64,000 nucleotides of DNA from Balanoglossus misakiensis (lineage: Eukaryota; Animalia; Hemichordata): contig CM082582.2 of the NCBI GenBank assembly GCA_040954595.2, positions 6,698,063 to 6,762,062 of the forward strand, in the 5' to 3' direction. Below the pieces are notes generated by a model. The model was not told the origin of the DNA and did not search any database. It worked only from the letters and a program-made list of their open reading frames with translations. This document shows positions 12,445 through 24,438 of this stretch, one piece after another. Numbering within the stretch: position 1 is the stretch's first letter; each line of letters begins with the position of its first letter. The translations under genes and the position numbers were made by a program.

Positions 12445-14363
12445 GTAAGTTTTCCCCCTTTGTTTCATGTGCTTTTATGAAGGTAAACTGTTAGCGCGCA
12501 CCTCTATCGAGTTTGTCCATTTACGCAACCTTGTCAGCCGGCGAGTTGTATAACTTCGAGATTTGCTGTATATGCACGATCGGACGATGTGTAAAGTACC
12601 ATCTCTAAAGTACTACACGACGTCTTAATATTGAGATCATATCTTTGGCACAGCGAAGTTCATATTTCTTGTCTTCACGACGTCAGCAATAGGCGATCAT
12701 CGATGTGTATATTCCCCTGCGATCGTAGTCGCACAAGGTCAAGTTGACACTACCCCGAGGAACTTCAAAAACAGAGGCTCAAGAAAAAGGGACTGCGATC
12801 GTGATCATGTGTTGATGATCGACGACTTTTTGTGCCACCAATACACGCATACAAGCTTTCCCATGGGACATGCAGGCAAAACTTCCATATTCCCATATTA
12901 ATTGTATAGACTTTGATTTTTAAAGGTCTAGCTCACATGAGCTGGACAGTACCCAACACGTGAGGCAGTTTGGCACCGAATGACACCACTTCAAAATTGT
13001 CATTTATCAGATGTTTGTGTCTGTATTTCTGATGCAATACGTATTGCAGAGTTGGCTTGTAACAGGATGTCTCTTGGTACTCGTTGGCCATGTTTCAAGG
13101 ACTATTAGTGACTCGTCACTTTGGGTCCACAAGTTACTTTTTGGACTGTAAGCACACCAATTAACATTCTAATGACCAAAAATAGTATTGCCCTACTATC
13201 CTATCCGCCTTTGATTCAGTTCTGGGTATTAAAAGTTTGTGACACACAGTTTCCTGGAACGAAAGTTGAAGCATTGTCTATTTCACTGAGTTATAATTTC
13301 GCTATTTTCACTGATTGACAAAATCAAGTGAATTAAACCATGATTAAACCCAAGTGAATATAACAACAGTTGTTTTGTAGCAAAATTTGTGGATTTAAAA
13401 CCCAAAGCATCTGTCCAAACACCAAAACAGTGAAATTTAATCCCAAAGTGAACAGTAACCTAAAACATTAGATTTTATAAGGAAGTGAAACCAAATTCCT
13501 TACTTATAGAGTTCAGTGAACCTCTTGCTTTTATGGGGTTGCCTTATTGCTGTTTATTAACCCGGATAAGGTTGCTAGGCTACATTGCCTTTGTTGTTTT
13601 TGTTTTAGTTTGAATCATATTACTATTATTACGGTAGTTGAGCTTAGACTGTACGCCACAAGAATACTTGGTAAGTACAAGTACAATGTACTTCGATCAT
13701 TGGCACATAGTCTTCAGGTATATCACACTTGTACATGTACTTGGTAACTTCACTACGTGGGGTAGTATAGCAAGTGATGCCCGCTGCTGTGACACAAAGC
13801 TTTTTCACTACACAAACATAACCTTGCATAGACTAGTGAGTGTCACCAACTCCGTGACTTCCTTCTCTGTACAGTATACAATTGTACAGCGTACACTTAT
13901 GAATAGGTTAGGCAAGAAGATCGAGCGATGGTATGGCCTTTACTTTAGTGTCAATGTCAAATACATTTCTGTTTTATTGTCTAATTTCACCTGTAAACAT
14001 GTATTTATAAACAGTGGATTGAACTTCGACATTTCTTAACACTTGATAATGGATGAACAATAACACTCGATAATGATGACTTTTAACAGCTGAGAAGACA
14101 ATAGCTTCAGATAAACAATGCCTATTTCTCAATAAACAATTAGTATATAACTCTATTTGAGAGGAGTTGGTAGACAGAGTTTGTCCTGGACAGCACTCCC
14201 AACAAACCAATACATTGCGTATAAAAATAGAACTACCCCACTCCGGTGAAATATGCATTGTTCATACCACATGAACCTGTTTCCAGACAGAAAGCCCAAC
14301 TACATATATATATCTAAATTGTCTCTGTGCTTTTCTTTTTATTTCTAGATAAAACCATCCAAC

Positions 14364-16266
14364 ATGCCTTACCTGGTGCCATCTATGCCAACCCAGAAGG
14401 CCACTTTTGCACTTAGCTGATTTTGGTTCCCCGAGGCACAGTATGGCTGTGCTGAGGGGATCATTCACACCAAGGTTGGGTACACGGGTGGCAGGAAAAG
14501 CCACCCCACCTACCATGACCTGTAAGTATTCAAATCTGTACATTCTGATTATCATCTACCAAGAAAATGCATGTTTGTGTGGACAGTGGTCCATCAGGGG
14601 CCAGGTGCCTAACATACCGTTTTCTGGGATCATAAAATCGATAATATTTCATACTGATCAATTTTTATTTGGTTATTTATGGGTTTACTACAGACCTTAG
14701 AAACAAAACTGTGTAAATCAAGGCGTACTGGTATGAAACAGTCTTGGACAGAATTTTAAATCTTTCATAAAATTCCTGGACATGTGCCTACCAATGCTAG
14801 CCAAGACAGGTCATAGTACAGGGTTATAAATTATTTAGATGAAGTGAGTTGTCAAACAGTGAACCATGATAAGTGGAGCCCATCCATCCAAATTATCTAC
14901 AGTGAACCATCAACTTGATGTAGAGTGTATCTCTATGGGTCAGTATGATAAAACATTAATGTTCAGTGGAGCTGAACTTTACCAGTTTTTTGGAACAAAA
15001 TTTAAGACATTGTCCGCACAAACATGACAATATGCAAATGAGCTCAGTGATGATTTTACATTTTCAATGGGATTTAATTTAATTGCAAACTTCTCAGTCC
15101 AAAAATAATGGCAGTGTATGTAATATTTTAGTACTTGTGTATCATCAAGTCTAGATTGAATGAGTAATTTTTTTCAGAGTGGGAGTTGGACACACTTCAT
15201 CAGGTTGTAACAGTTTTACCCATTTGTATGTTACACACACACACACACACACACACACACGTACTGATTCTACTATTTTCCCTTTTATCAGTGGTGACCA
15301 CACTGAGTCAGTGCAGATCGACTTTGATCCAAAACAGACCAACTACGAGAACTTGCTGAAGATGTTTTGGAACAACCACGACTCCACCGCCTGTCACAGC
15401 CGTCAGTACATGTCGGCCATCTTCTACCACGACGACGAGCAGAAGAGGCTGGCCGAGCTGACCAAGGAGAGTCACCAGAAGAAGGTCGCTAAGCCCATTG
15501 CGACCAAGATTCTGCCGGCAGAGACGTTCTACGATGCTGAAGAGTAAGTGGACTGAAAGTGTCGTCTTTACATGATCTACAGTTCAATCTGCTAGCAATC
15601 TTTTGAGTCGTTCAAGTGCCATTGTTCTCCCCAGAACGATTAAAGAGTATTGGCTGATACCCTTCAATTTTGGGGAAAACATACTGTAAAACACTTTATT
15701 TTCGCGAGTTGGAATTTTCGCGATATCGAGAGAGGCCACTGTTTCGCGAGTATTATTTTTCGCCTTCTCTTATTTCATTCACTGCATCGTTATCTTCAAA
15801 AATTTACACAACTTTTTATTTTCACGCTATTTGGGCTCTCGCGTATTTCGCGAAAATTTATTGCTCGCGAAAATAAAGTGTTTTACAGTACTCATTGTCA
15901 AAATCATGAATTGTGTTGTTAGGCAAAATAGTCAATGCTGTTACACTGTACTTGCATGGATGCATTTCCATTTGACTGGTCGCTATTGTACACACCCATG
16001 GTTTTATTCTGACATTTTCCAACAATTCCCCCCATCAAAACAGTTACCACCAGAAGTACCTGCTGAGAAACCACCGCGGCTTGATGCAGAGTCTCAGCCT
16101 CACCGCCAGCGAGGTCAAGAACTCGCATGTCGCCTGCCGGCTGAATGGCTACGTCGGTGGCTATGGCACCTTGGCCAAGTTCAACGAGGAGGCGGGGAAG
16201 CTGGGCATCAGCGACGACCAGATCGATTACGTCCGCACTGCGGTCAGCCGCGGGCCGAATAACTAG
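14364..16266 (+). CDS. MSRA: Peptide methionine sulfoxide reductase A, selenocysteine-containing; coding exons 14364-14521, 15292-15543, 16044-16266; 210 aa with Sec at codon 19
   Basis: Spliced translation MPYLVPSMPTQKATFALS-U(TGA)-FWFPEAQYGCAEGIIHTKVGYTGGRKSHPTYHDL|GDHTESVQIDFDP...LLKMFWNNHD...RQYMSAIFYHD...FYDAED|YHQKYLL...RGPNN*. The MsrA motifs (xFW, VGYxGG, GDHTE, QYxSAIF, AEDYHQKY) are intact, the GT-AG introns keep frame, and a SECIS lies in the 3' UTR. Confidence 0.95.
14428..14460 (+). promoter_or_regulatory. Hairpin 7 nt downstream of the Sec UGA (Sec redefinition element-like)
   Basis: TCCCC(14428-32) pairs with GGGGA(14456-60), then a GA/GA internal mismatch, then GGCACAG(14435-41) pairs with CTGTGCT(14447-53) around loop TATGG. 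Confidence 0.55.
15233..15260. repeat. (CA)n microsatellite
   Basis: Dinucleotide run about 30 nt upstream of an MsrA acceptor. Confidence 0.9.
15684..15888. mobile_element. MITE, Tc1/mariner-type, in an MsrA intron
   Basis: Perfect 25-bp terminal inverted repeats CTGTAAAACACTTTATTTTCGCGAG and CTCGCGAAAATAAAGTGTTTTACAG, flanked by TA on both sides; internal TTCGCG motifs; no coding capacity. Confidence 0.88.
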
Positions 16267-16510
16267 AGCCAAGTAGGCAGGCTCGTGCAAATGTGTGGAG
16301 AGAAAAAATTAATAAACAAAAACGCATCATAGGTGGTGTTGATCAATTGCAGTGAAAAAAAATAATCATTTTGTTCAACCGTGAAAAAAAAAAAATTATG
16401 TGAAAAAAATCATTTTCTTCCACTATGAAAAAAATCATTTTTTTCCACACATTGGCAGTGCGTTGCATCCATGGTTGTCCCTCAACGTATCCACACACCT
16501 CTGTTTATGA

Positions 16511-16602
16511 GTACCTGACTCCAATGCTTTTGACGTCTTGTGGCTAACTCAAGTGCTATGCTTGAAGCCACAGGACTGAGGACTATTTCCCTTGGGCGGT
16601 AC
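16511..16602 (+). promoter_or_regulatory. Eukaryotic SECIS element, type II, in the MsrA 3' UTR
   Basis: Helix I: GTACC..TCCAA with TTGGG.GGTAC. Core: TGAC(16531-34) with TGAG(16577-80). Helix II, 11 bp: GTCTTGTGGCT(16535-45) with AGCCACAGGAC(16566-76). Unpaired AAC(16546-48). Apical mini-stem TCAAG/CTTGA. Confidence 0.9.
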
Positions 16603-19166
16603 CGATAGTCAGAGGTGTGTTGATTATAAAGATGGCAACCCTGGTGCCGACACTCAGAGAATTATACCATAAAGCATTTAACACTAATTGAAAACTACAT
16701 GTATTCCTTTGTTTTTAAAAATTCAACCTAAGAATCTGAAATTGATTTAAAAGTATTGAATTTGAACATTTCCAGAAAATTGTAAGATAATGAATTTTTG
16801 CACACTGGCTTTTATGAATTAGTCAAATATATGAAAAATAGATAAACAATTATATCAAAGAAGATCACATAAAGGTTTCAGAATTTTAGCAAGTATTGGC
16901 AATAGAAGAGCAGCCTTGTTTTTCTGATGCCATTTTTGGAGGCGAGAGGGTAAAGTTCAAAGTTCAGATGATATTCTGCTGTACAGGTGAACATCAAAGT
17001 GGGTTTATCACTGTACTGTATTTTGAATGGCCAAGTGATGTGTGAATCAGGACATGAATATATGAAATATTTTAGTCGGCAACACTTATCAGTTAGATCT
17101 GTGACCAGTTTCCCACAGATACGTTTTGTCAAACTGGATGAACATATAGATTGCACATATGCATACGAGTATTAGAAATTTGGAGCAAATTTTGACTTGT
17201 GAATAGGTGTATTTTGTACCAAATAGTTTACATTGCTGAAGGACAAGATCCTGAAAATTACCCCATGAACATTATACCTCAGGTTTGACTGTGACTTCTG
17301 TCCAAATTCCAGTGCAAGTACATTAAATCCAGTTCAACCCACGTTTTACATAGTATTGATGCACTTACTATATATTCAGGAAAAGTGGACTGGTAAAAGT
17401 TCTGGATCAACAAGTAAAGATATTCATGTCATTTACAACAAAACAATATGGGCACAATTTATGGCTCTTTTTATCCAATCAAAACATTGTTTCATAAGAC
17501 AGTATATATTCAGAAAATGTATTTGGCATATTGCAAATAAATGGAGAAATCTTAAAAATTGGTCTCTTGGAGTGTGTTTAGTGAGTGGAATTATGAATGT
17601 AAATGCACCATCCCAAAAATGTACTCAAAAGTTGTATACACATATAGGGAGCTGGGTGACCTACATAATGTGCTCACTGCAAATGTCAGCATCTGTTATC
17701 AGTCCTTGTAGCATGTGGCCTAGAAAGTTCAGGTTCTCATGAGCTGCTGCTTATGTAGGTTAACTATACCACCAAATTACTTGTATGTTGTAATTTGACT
17801 GTTTTGCTCACCATCTTTTGATTTGGACAAATCAGAAACATTTTAGCCCTTTGAAACATTGCCAGTGGTACAGCTGGTGTCGAGAGCGCCCTCTACAGAC
17901 AAGCAAGCTTGGCACGGAAACAAGGAGGGTGGTTATTGTCCTAATTCTACCACAAAAGCTGTGCTGTTAATCCACGATGAATATCGTGTGTATATCAGTG
18001 ACATCATGCACAACAAAAATGACACCCACATCAAAATTTTACAATTCCATTGTATCTTACACTTTATTTTTCCTACTGCCCATGGCTTCAAAGTTATGAA
18101 AGCTTGCCTACTACCAGCTTTGAATAAAAAATATAGCCTGCTATTTTAAGCCTGTGCATTGCAGAATGGATGGAAAACTGTATAAACAGAAACACTCCTG
18201 CATGTTATGTGTTTTTGAATGATGAGTGACCGCCGTCAACAACTGGCTTTCCCTCCACAACTGACATGGTATCTGCCACTGCATTGTCTATATGGATCGT
18301 TGCATTATCTTACAGGTGAATTCAACAGGAAATGGGTTTACAAAAGGTTAAACGTAATGCATATTATCAAGAAACAAACTCCAGTAAATCAGACTAGAAA
18401 TTACAGTATCCTACATATGACTGACAAAATGACATGTATTCCCAAAAACTTTGAACCTGCCAATTGCAAACTGACCAAATCCATGCCCGTGCTAACCCGA
18501 TCAAAATTTAATTGATATTTCATATGAATTAAATTATCACTGTCTAGCACCTGAAAAAATATTCTCTGAGAATTCCACTCTGAATTTGTTTCCACAAAAA
18601 ACACTAAATTAATATTGCTATCAACAAGAAAATATGTGTGTTATATAAGAAGTGTTTCCACTCAGATGTGTTTTGTTCAAAGTGTCAACTTCAGAACAGT
18701 GACTTGAATGCATCTAACCTGGAACATGGATGTTGTATGTATGTAGGGGTTATCTCGTTTCCCTGATACCAGTGGTGCAAATGCTATGATCCAGCTTGCC
18801 TTACGATTGTGCATTTGAGTGTGAAAGGGCTTACCAGCAGAGATGATGATGCTTAAAAGCCAATCATGATAGAACCCTTCACACTTGTTAGTTTCAAAGG
18901 AATGAGTGTGACCCCATAAATTGGTGGCCTTCCATCGTAGCACCCATGCTACTGGTAGAAGAAAGAGAGAGAGAGCCCTCATACAACATCACCAAGTCCC
19001 CTGTGGTTTGTCCAAGAAGATAAACTGATATATATTATACACTAGATGGTTCCCGTGAAAGGAGAAATGATATACCAAAAGGAAATGTTCTAAATCCTAC
19101 GCAGGGTGATAATTTTTTTTTAAAATGAAGAATAACTGGAAAGTCTGTTGGAGTCTCTTGGTGTCA

Positions 19167-22100
19167 TTATGTCTCTTCTGCAAGGAATTTTGCATAGCCT
19201 GCAGAATCTTTCAGGTCTTTATACTGTTCTGGTGAGTCGATTTTCAGTTTGACGATCCAACCTGTAAGAGAACAGAAAACACCAGGTACAATTTGAGAAA
19301 CCTACTCGCAAAGAAATCCATGCAGGGCTTGAAATAGATTTTTGAAATACTGGTAGATAGTGCCAACATGCACACTTTATAGGCATGTCAGATTTTGCAT
19401 TCAAATGCTTCTCAGTAGTACCAGCAGCTTAAGCTATCTGCACCACTACAATGGGTCTCCTTGAGTCTGTGACAATGGACGGATGGAATGGTGTGTCTAG
19501 GGTCACTCTAGGTCACTGGGTCATTGAAGTACCATTCTGATTGAAGAATGACCTTGAAATGTGTTACTGATATATGTGCGGATCTGAATGCTGTGCACAT
19601 GCAAATGCCTGTACTGTCAAGCACTTACCCTCATCGTAGGGAGAGCTGTTTATCAGGCTTGGTTTGTCTTCTAAGGCGGTATTGACTTCCACGACCTCCC
19701 CCGACATTGGGGTGTAGAGTTCGCTGGCTGCTTTCACACTTTCCACTGCACCAAACTCGTCTGTCATTGGAGAGAAAAAAATACACAGAAATCAGTACTG
19801 TACTACAAGATACTGAATTTGAACCTACGAAACACACCGCCCATTTTTCTTCACTGCATGACCGTCAGTTCTGTTGCCTTTTCATTGGTGTGAAGTATTC
19901 AGATATAATTTTTGTGTTGTTCAATAATGGAATTTGGTAACTGAGTGTTTGAGTGCTTTGGGGGAAATAATTCTTCACTGCTGATTGCAAGAAAATACTC
20001 AGGAGATAATCAATACCATTCCACATTAATTAAAACCACAACCAATGCATCATCACTTGCACATGCAACAGTAGACCTGACCAAAACAATAACATGAACT
20101 GACCTTCAGCTTCAAATTGTGCTCCGACATCCGGTAGACTTATATACACAACTTCTCCTAATAAATCCTGTGGGATAGATTGAAATTGGCAAAGCAGTCA
20201 GCAGGGGTTTCTCAGCAGTCTTCACACTGGTACAAAACAAGTGGGGATAGTATATTGTAGGCCATATTTGTCTCATTGTGCATTTGGCTGGGGGTTACTT
20301 GGTGGGAATGAATTGGGGCAGACCGAATTTGGAGACTGACCTGCAAAATCTGTGAATAAGTGAACAAAATCACATTATATTGAATGTCCTAGAACACTTA
20401 TCTTAATATTTGTCTGTTGTGTAGGATATTTTGTCCTTACCATCAATCCTAAAACCCAGGTCCTTCAGAGAATTCTGAAGCAACCTACGGTACCTCTCCC
20501 GGGTCTACTATACGACTCCATCAAATATTCATCAGGAAATTTCACACTTCCACGCTTTCACTCCAGTTACATTAGACTTCCCCTCCGCCCCAGAGAGCCA
20601 AATTTCTTTCAGTCATCCACCTACACACATTCAGACAACCCCCTATTGTTATCCACAGTGCGGTTGAAACTACTATCAAGGAAATGGGGGTGAAAGGGTT
20701 ACACAATATATGCTAATTGGCATTGTTGAATATTTTTCAAAGGGTGCCCTCAACAATTCACTCTGCAGAGCTGGGATATTGCACCGACATGTACATTAGG
20801 ATATTGTGTAGCTGGTTACATAGCAACACTTCCTTTTTTTAAAATTTCAACTGAAAATGAAATATACACATTACAATAGTGAATACGTACTCATGAATGC
20901 AAATTATTTTTTGAGCATACTGCAACAGATTTTAAATCAATTTCTAAGTCAGAATGCTAAAACCCTTGATTATCTCACCAAAGTTTATTTCATAAAGATA
21001 AAAAAAAATGTGTATTCAAGGGAAAATGACAGAGCAATTATAAACCAGCCACTATTTTCATGAAACTTGCGGTGACAAATTCTCCAGACAATAGAAAGAA
21101 CTTGTCTGTGCTTGCTCTGACAGTCCTCTAATTGAATTTACAGCACTAAAGGGTGATGCATTGTGAATGGTGTCGAGCTGACAATATTCGTTCACAATTA
21201 GGCTGTCACACTGGAGTAAGACTGTTTCTGACAAAAATGAACATCTCACAAAGATTTCAGAATTGTCTATGTTCAAACATTATAGATGGAATGCACTGTT
21301 CTCATATAGGACAGTGGTACAAGAGACAGGTGAGGTCTGAATCTGACTGTTTTCTGTCAATGTAAAAATCAGTGCCTTTGCTAACAAATAATATTCGACA
21401 ACTGTAGCACAGGTGCCACGGTCAGTGACACACTATACATTTTATCTGAATAAAAATAAGCCTGCAAGGTCATACCAGCAACAGGAAGGCAAATACAACA
21501 TGTCGAGATTAGATAATGTTTAAGAAAGAGGGAAACAGGTATTTTCCAACCATATGCAGACACACAAGGTTCAAACTTCTCCAGCCAACTGTATATTGAT
21601 CTCGGTATTTGTTTTTGCGGGTGAATATTGACTCGAAGCTGTTACAGCATAGTGCATTGACCGCAACCAGATTTATTGCCAAGGTTTACTGCAGTGGTTG
21701 CACTTGTTCAAATCCATAACATGGATCATATACTAGTACCCCACAAATCAACCAGAATGTGAATGAAATATTCTGATTTCTTTGATAACTTCTTATTTAT
21801 TTATTCCCACAGTAAAGAAGAGGCTAACAGGTGAATGGGTGGCAGGAACAGTTTTGCAAAATTATAAGCAAAAAGACAAAAATCACATATTAATGTATTG
21901 TACTATTGCAAGTACATGTACATTTCTCACACAGCTAAGGATAGGTGTTCATTTCAGGAACTGGGTCTGCTAACTCATCAAGTAACTAATTCAATTTCAA
22001 ATTCCATTTGGGCACGGCCCCCTCCAAATGATTCGGGCAATTAAAAGCTACAGTACCCCTCATCCCATGCACAATCGGTGGAATGTGGTCTGTGTGTGAA

Positions 22101-22772
22101 CTGCACAGCAGAAACATAAACATCTCAAAGTGGTACAGTGCCCGAGGTCGGGTGTGAAAGTTATTGGTAAGCTGGTGTAAAACTGTACAATCCTCACCTG
22201 TGCATAGTCTGAAACTCCTACAGTGCCGATATCACCATCTAATTTGACCCATTCGTGTTTGTCAGTATACCTCCTGTCTGCAATATCAATGTTTAAATCT
22301 ATCTTTTAAAACACTAAAAGGGGTAAGTAACATAAAGTTCAAGTGTGGAGTCATGTGATAGTCTCGCACACACCCGCTGACGCGTCCAAACAGGACGGGA
22401 CGTATTTATCGTAGAAAAATAGCATTTAAAATGATTAAAAGTCATCAGTAAACTTCCAAAACCGTACATCAACAGGAGAAAGATTCACGGCTTGTAAGCG
22501 GTGATACAGTTATTTGCTCAGTACAGCTGACGGACCAGGGCCCGGCCGGCGAGGTACCGGTGTCACTATCGGTACATCACGCCACCACCTGCATGGATAC
22601 GATGAGCGACATCCCTGTCAGACGTGCGATACTCACCATCGAGAATCTTGGATACCTGGTCTGTATATCTGGCACTCGGTGGCGACAATCTTGGCGCTAA
22701 ATGTTTGACTGTGAGGAATCTGGAGCTGGCGAAAGCCACCCTCTGCAGCCCGAGTCGCATAACACTCGCCAT
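19167..22772 (-). CDS. GCSH: Glycine cleavage system H protein, mitochondrial; 5 exons: 22772-22637, 22277-22198, 20167-20104, 19760-19629, 19261-19167; about 168 aa
   Basis: Arg/Ser/Leu-rich transit-like N-terminus, then [20 protein letters not shown]|[12 protein letters not shown], lipoyl-lysine motif [13 protein letters not shown] and [18 protein letters not shown] junctions keep frame. The exon 1 donor is the least certain boundary. Confidence 0.93.
20641..20698. mobile_element. Truncated copy of the same piggyBac-like MITE (GCSH intron)
   Basis: CCCTATTGTT...GGAAATGGGGGTGAAAGGG-TTA matches the right part of 60171-60255. Confidence 0.55.
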
Positions 22773-24300
22773 CTTCCTGGGTCAGATTTTCGCACTTGCG
22801 CGGTGGTAGTTTTACCCAGAATGCAGCGCGAGCAGAGGTTGACCAGGTGCGGAGATCAATGACCCCTCTAACTTCCAATATAAGTCTTAAAACAAGGCCT
22901 ACATTTAAGAGGCCTGTAAATGCTTCGGAAATTGCTTGCAGGCACAAACGAAGTTAGCAAATTCACTAAAGAGAAATCAGAAAAGATAAACACCACATTG
23001 TAAACCACAGGCACAGCTCACTCTCACCGCTAAGATTCACTTTCGCTTATGGTTCCCGAGAATAAACCAACGCAATTTCTTACCAATGATTTGATGTTTG
23101 CATCGGCGAATGTTTAATGAATTTGTTTTTTTTTTTTATAATGTTGTTACATCTTCTTCCAAGACTGATCTGGGACCGTTTAAACATGTCACCAACGATT
23201 GCCGTGCGTTGTTTGGTATTTGAAAAAAAAAACGCATTCGGGGACCTCATGAACTAGTTTTGTGACAAGTCGATGGGGCTTTGTAAATAGTACATTCACG
23301 TGAAACTATTTCGAGCTGGCCAAACTTCAATTTTTCAAATCATATTTGGGGCCACCGTCAGACACTCTTGCTTGTTAATGTTATTCCTGGAAGCAAATTT
23401 CGAAGTTAAGTACTGGTCACTGTCAATGTAAAACGAAAGAACTCGAAGGCTATGCCCCATACAGGTACATATCCCTATCCCTGTGCGACCTCCGATATTT
23501 ACATTGTAAGGGGTGATGTACAATACATGTACTTGGAAAAGATGAACAGAATGTAAAGTTCATAGAGAAAGGACTAAAAACCATTCGTCCAGTTCGCCGG
23601 GGAACGTGCAGTGCGATTCATTTGGGAGAATAAGACAGATGCATTTTGATGGGGCTACCAACAATCTTGTAGGCCTAATTCATTTGAACAAACGAAGATG
23701 TTGCAACACTTACTTTTCAAAGTGAAACGGCTTATGCTTATAATAGGATGCAATCATGAATGTTCTGGGATATCAACATTTATTGCTGACAATATTGTTA
23801 AATGTGAACAAAACAAAAATAATTATTGTCTATACAACACCGACTTGAAAAGAGCGAAGTTCATTCAACAAAACACTGTTGCATGATTTCAAGTTGTAGA
23901 CGGAGTAACAGCCGCGACTTGGTCGAGTATATCTTTTGCGCTCGTATACTTGCTTGCTTGCTTGCTATGTGAACTGGTACGCACCTCACCAATTTATACG
24001 AACCATATCTCTCAAAATTACAATGAAACTGTTGAACAACAACGTGTAAATAATTTTGATTGACGATAAAGGGTAAAACCACGTGATTAATATTTTAAAG
24101 TTCACAAAATAACGTCTTAACTAAAGAAAATGAAACTAGTACTTCGGCGAATACAGTTACTACAGATAAAATATACAAACGGAAACTTTTGCATTATTGG
24201 CCTTGTTTTGTGTAAATGTGTAGTCTTGAATTTACTGGTAACAATCACTGTAAATCAAAATTCCTGAACGACGTCGTCCACCCCGACGTCCACCATGCGA

Positions 24301-24313
24301 ATCATCATCATCC

Positions 24314-24354
<41 letters not shown>
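24301..24354. repeat. (ATC)n microsatellite
   Basis: Trinucleotide run with one interruption, downstream of MYND paralog A. Confidence 0.92.
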
Positions 24355-24438
24355 TCCGGAATGAAGCAGGCATTAATTGCCTCAAATAGAGCAAAATGTC
24401 ATTTCTTGAACATCTGTCCAAGCCCTGTCGCCAAGTTT

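Noticed and set aside
14418-14420. MsrA as a pseudogene with a premature stop
   Set aside because: The only stop is a TGA exactly at the catalytic Cys position; the frame, splice sites and promoter are intact and a SECIS is present.
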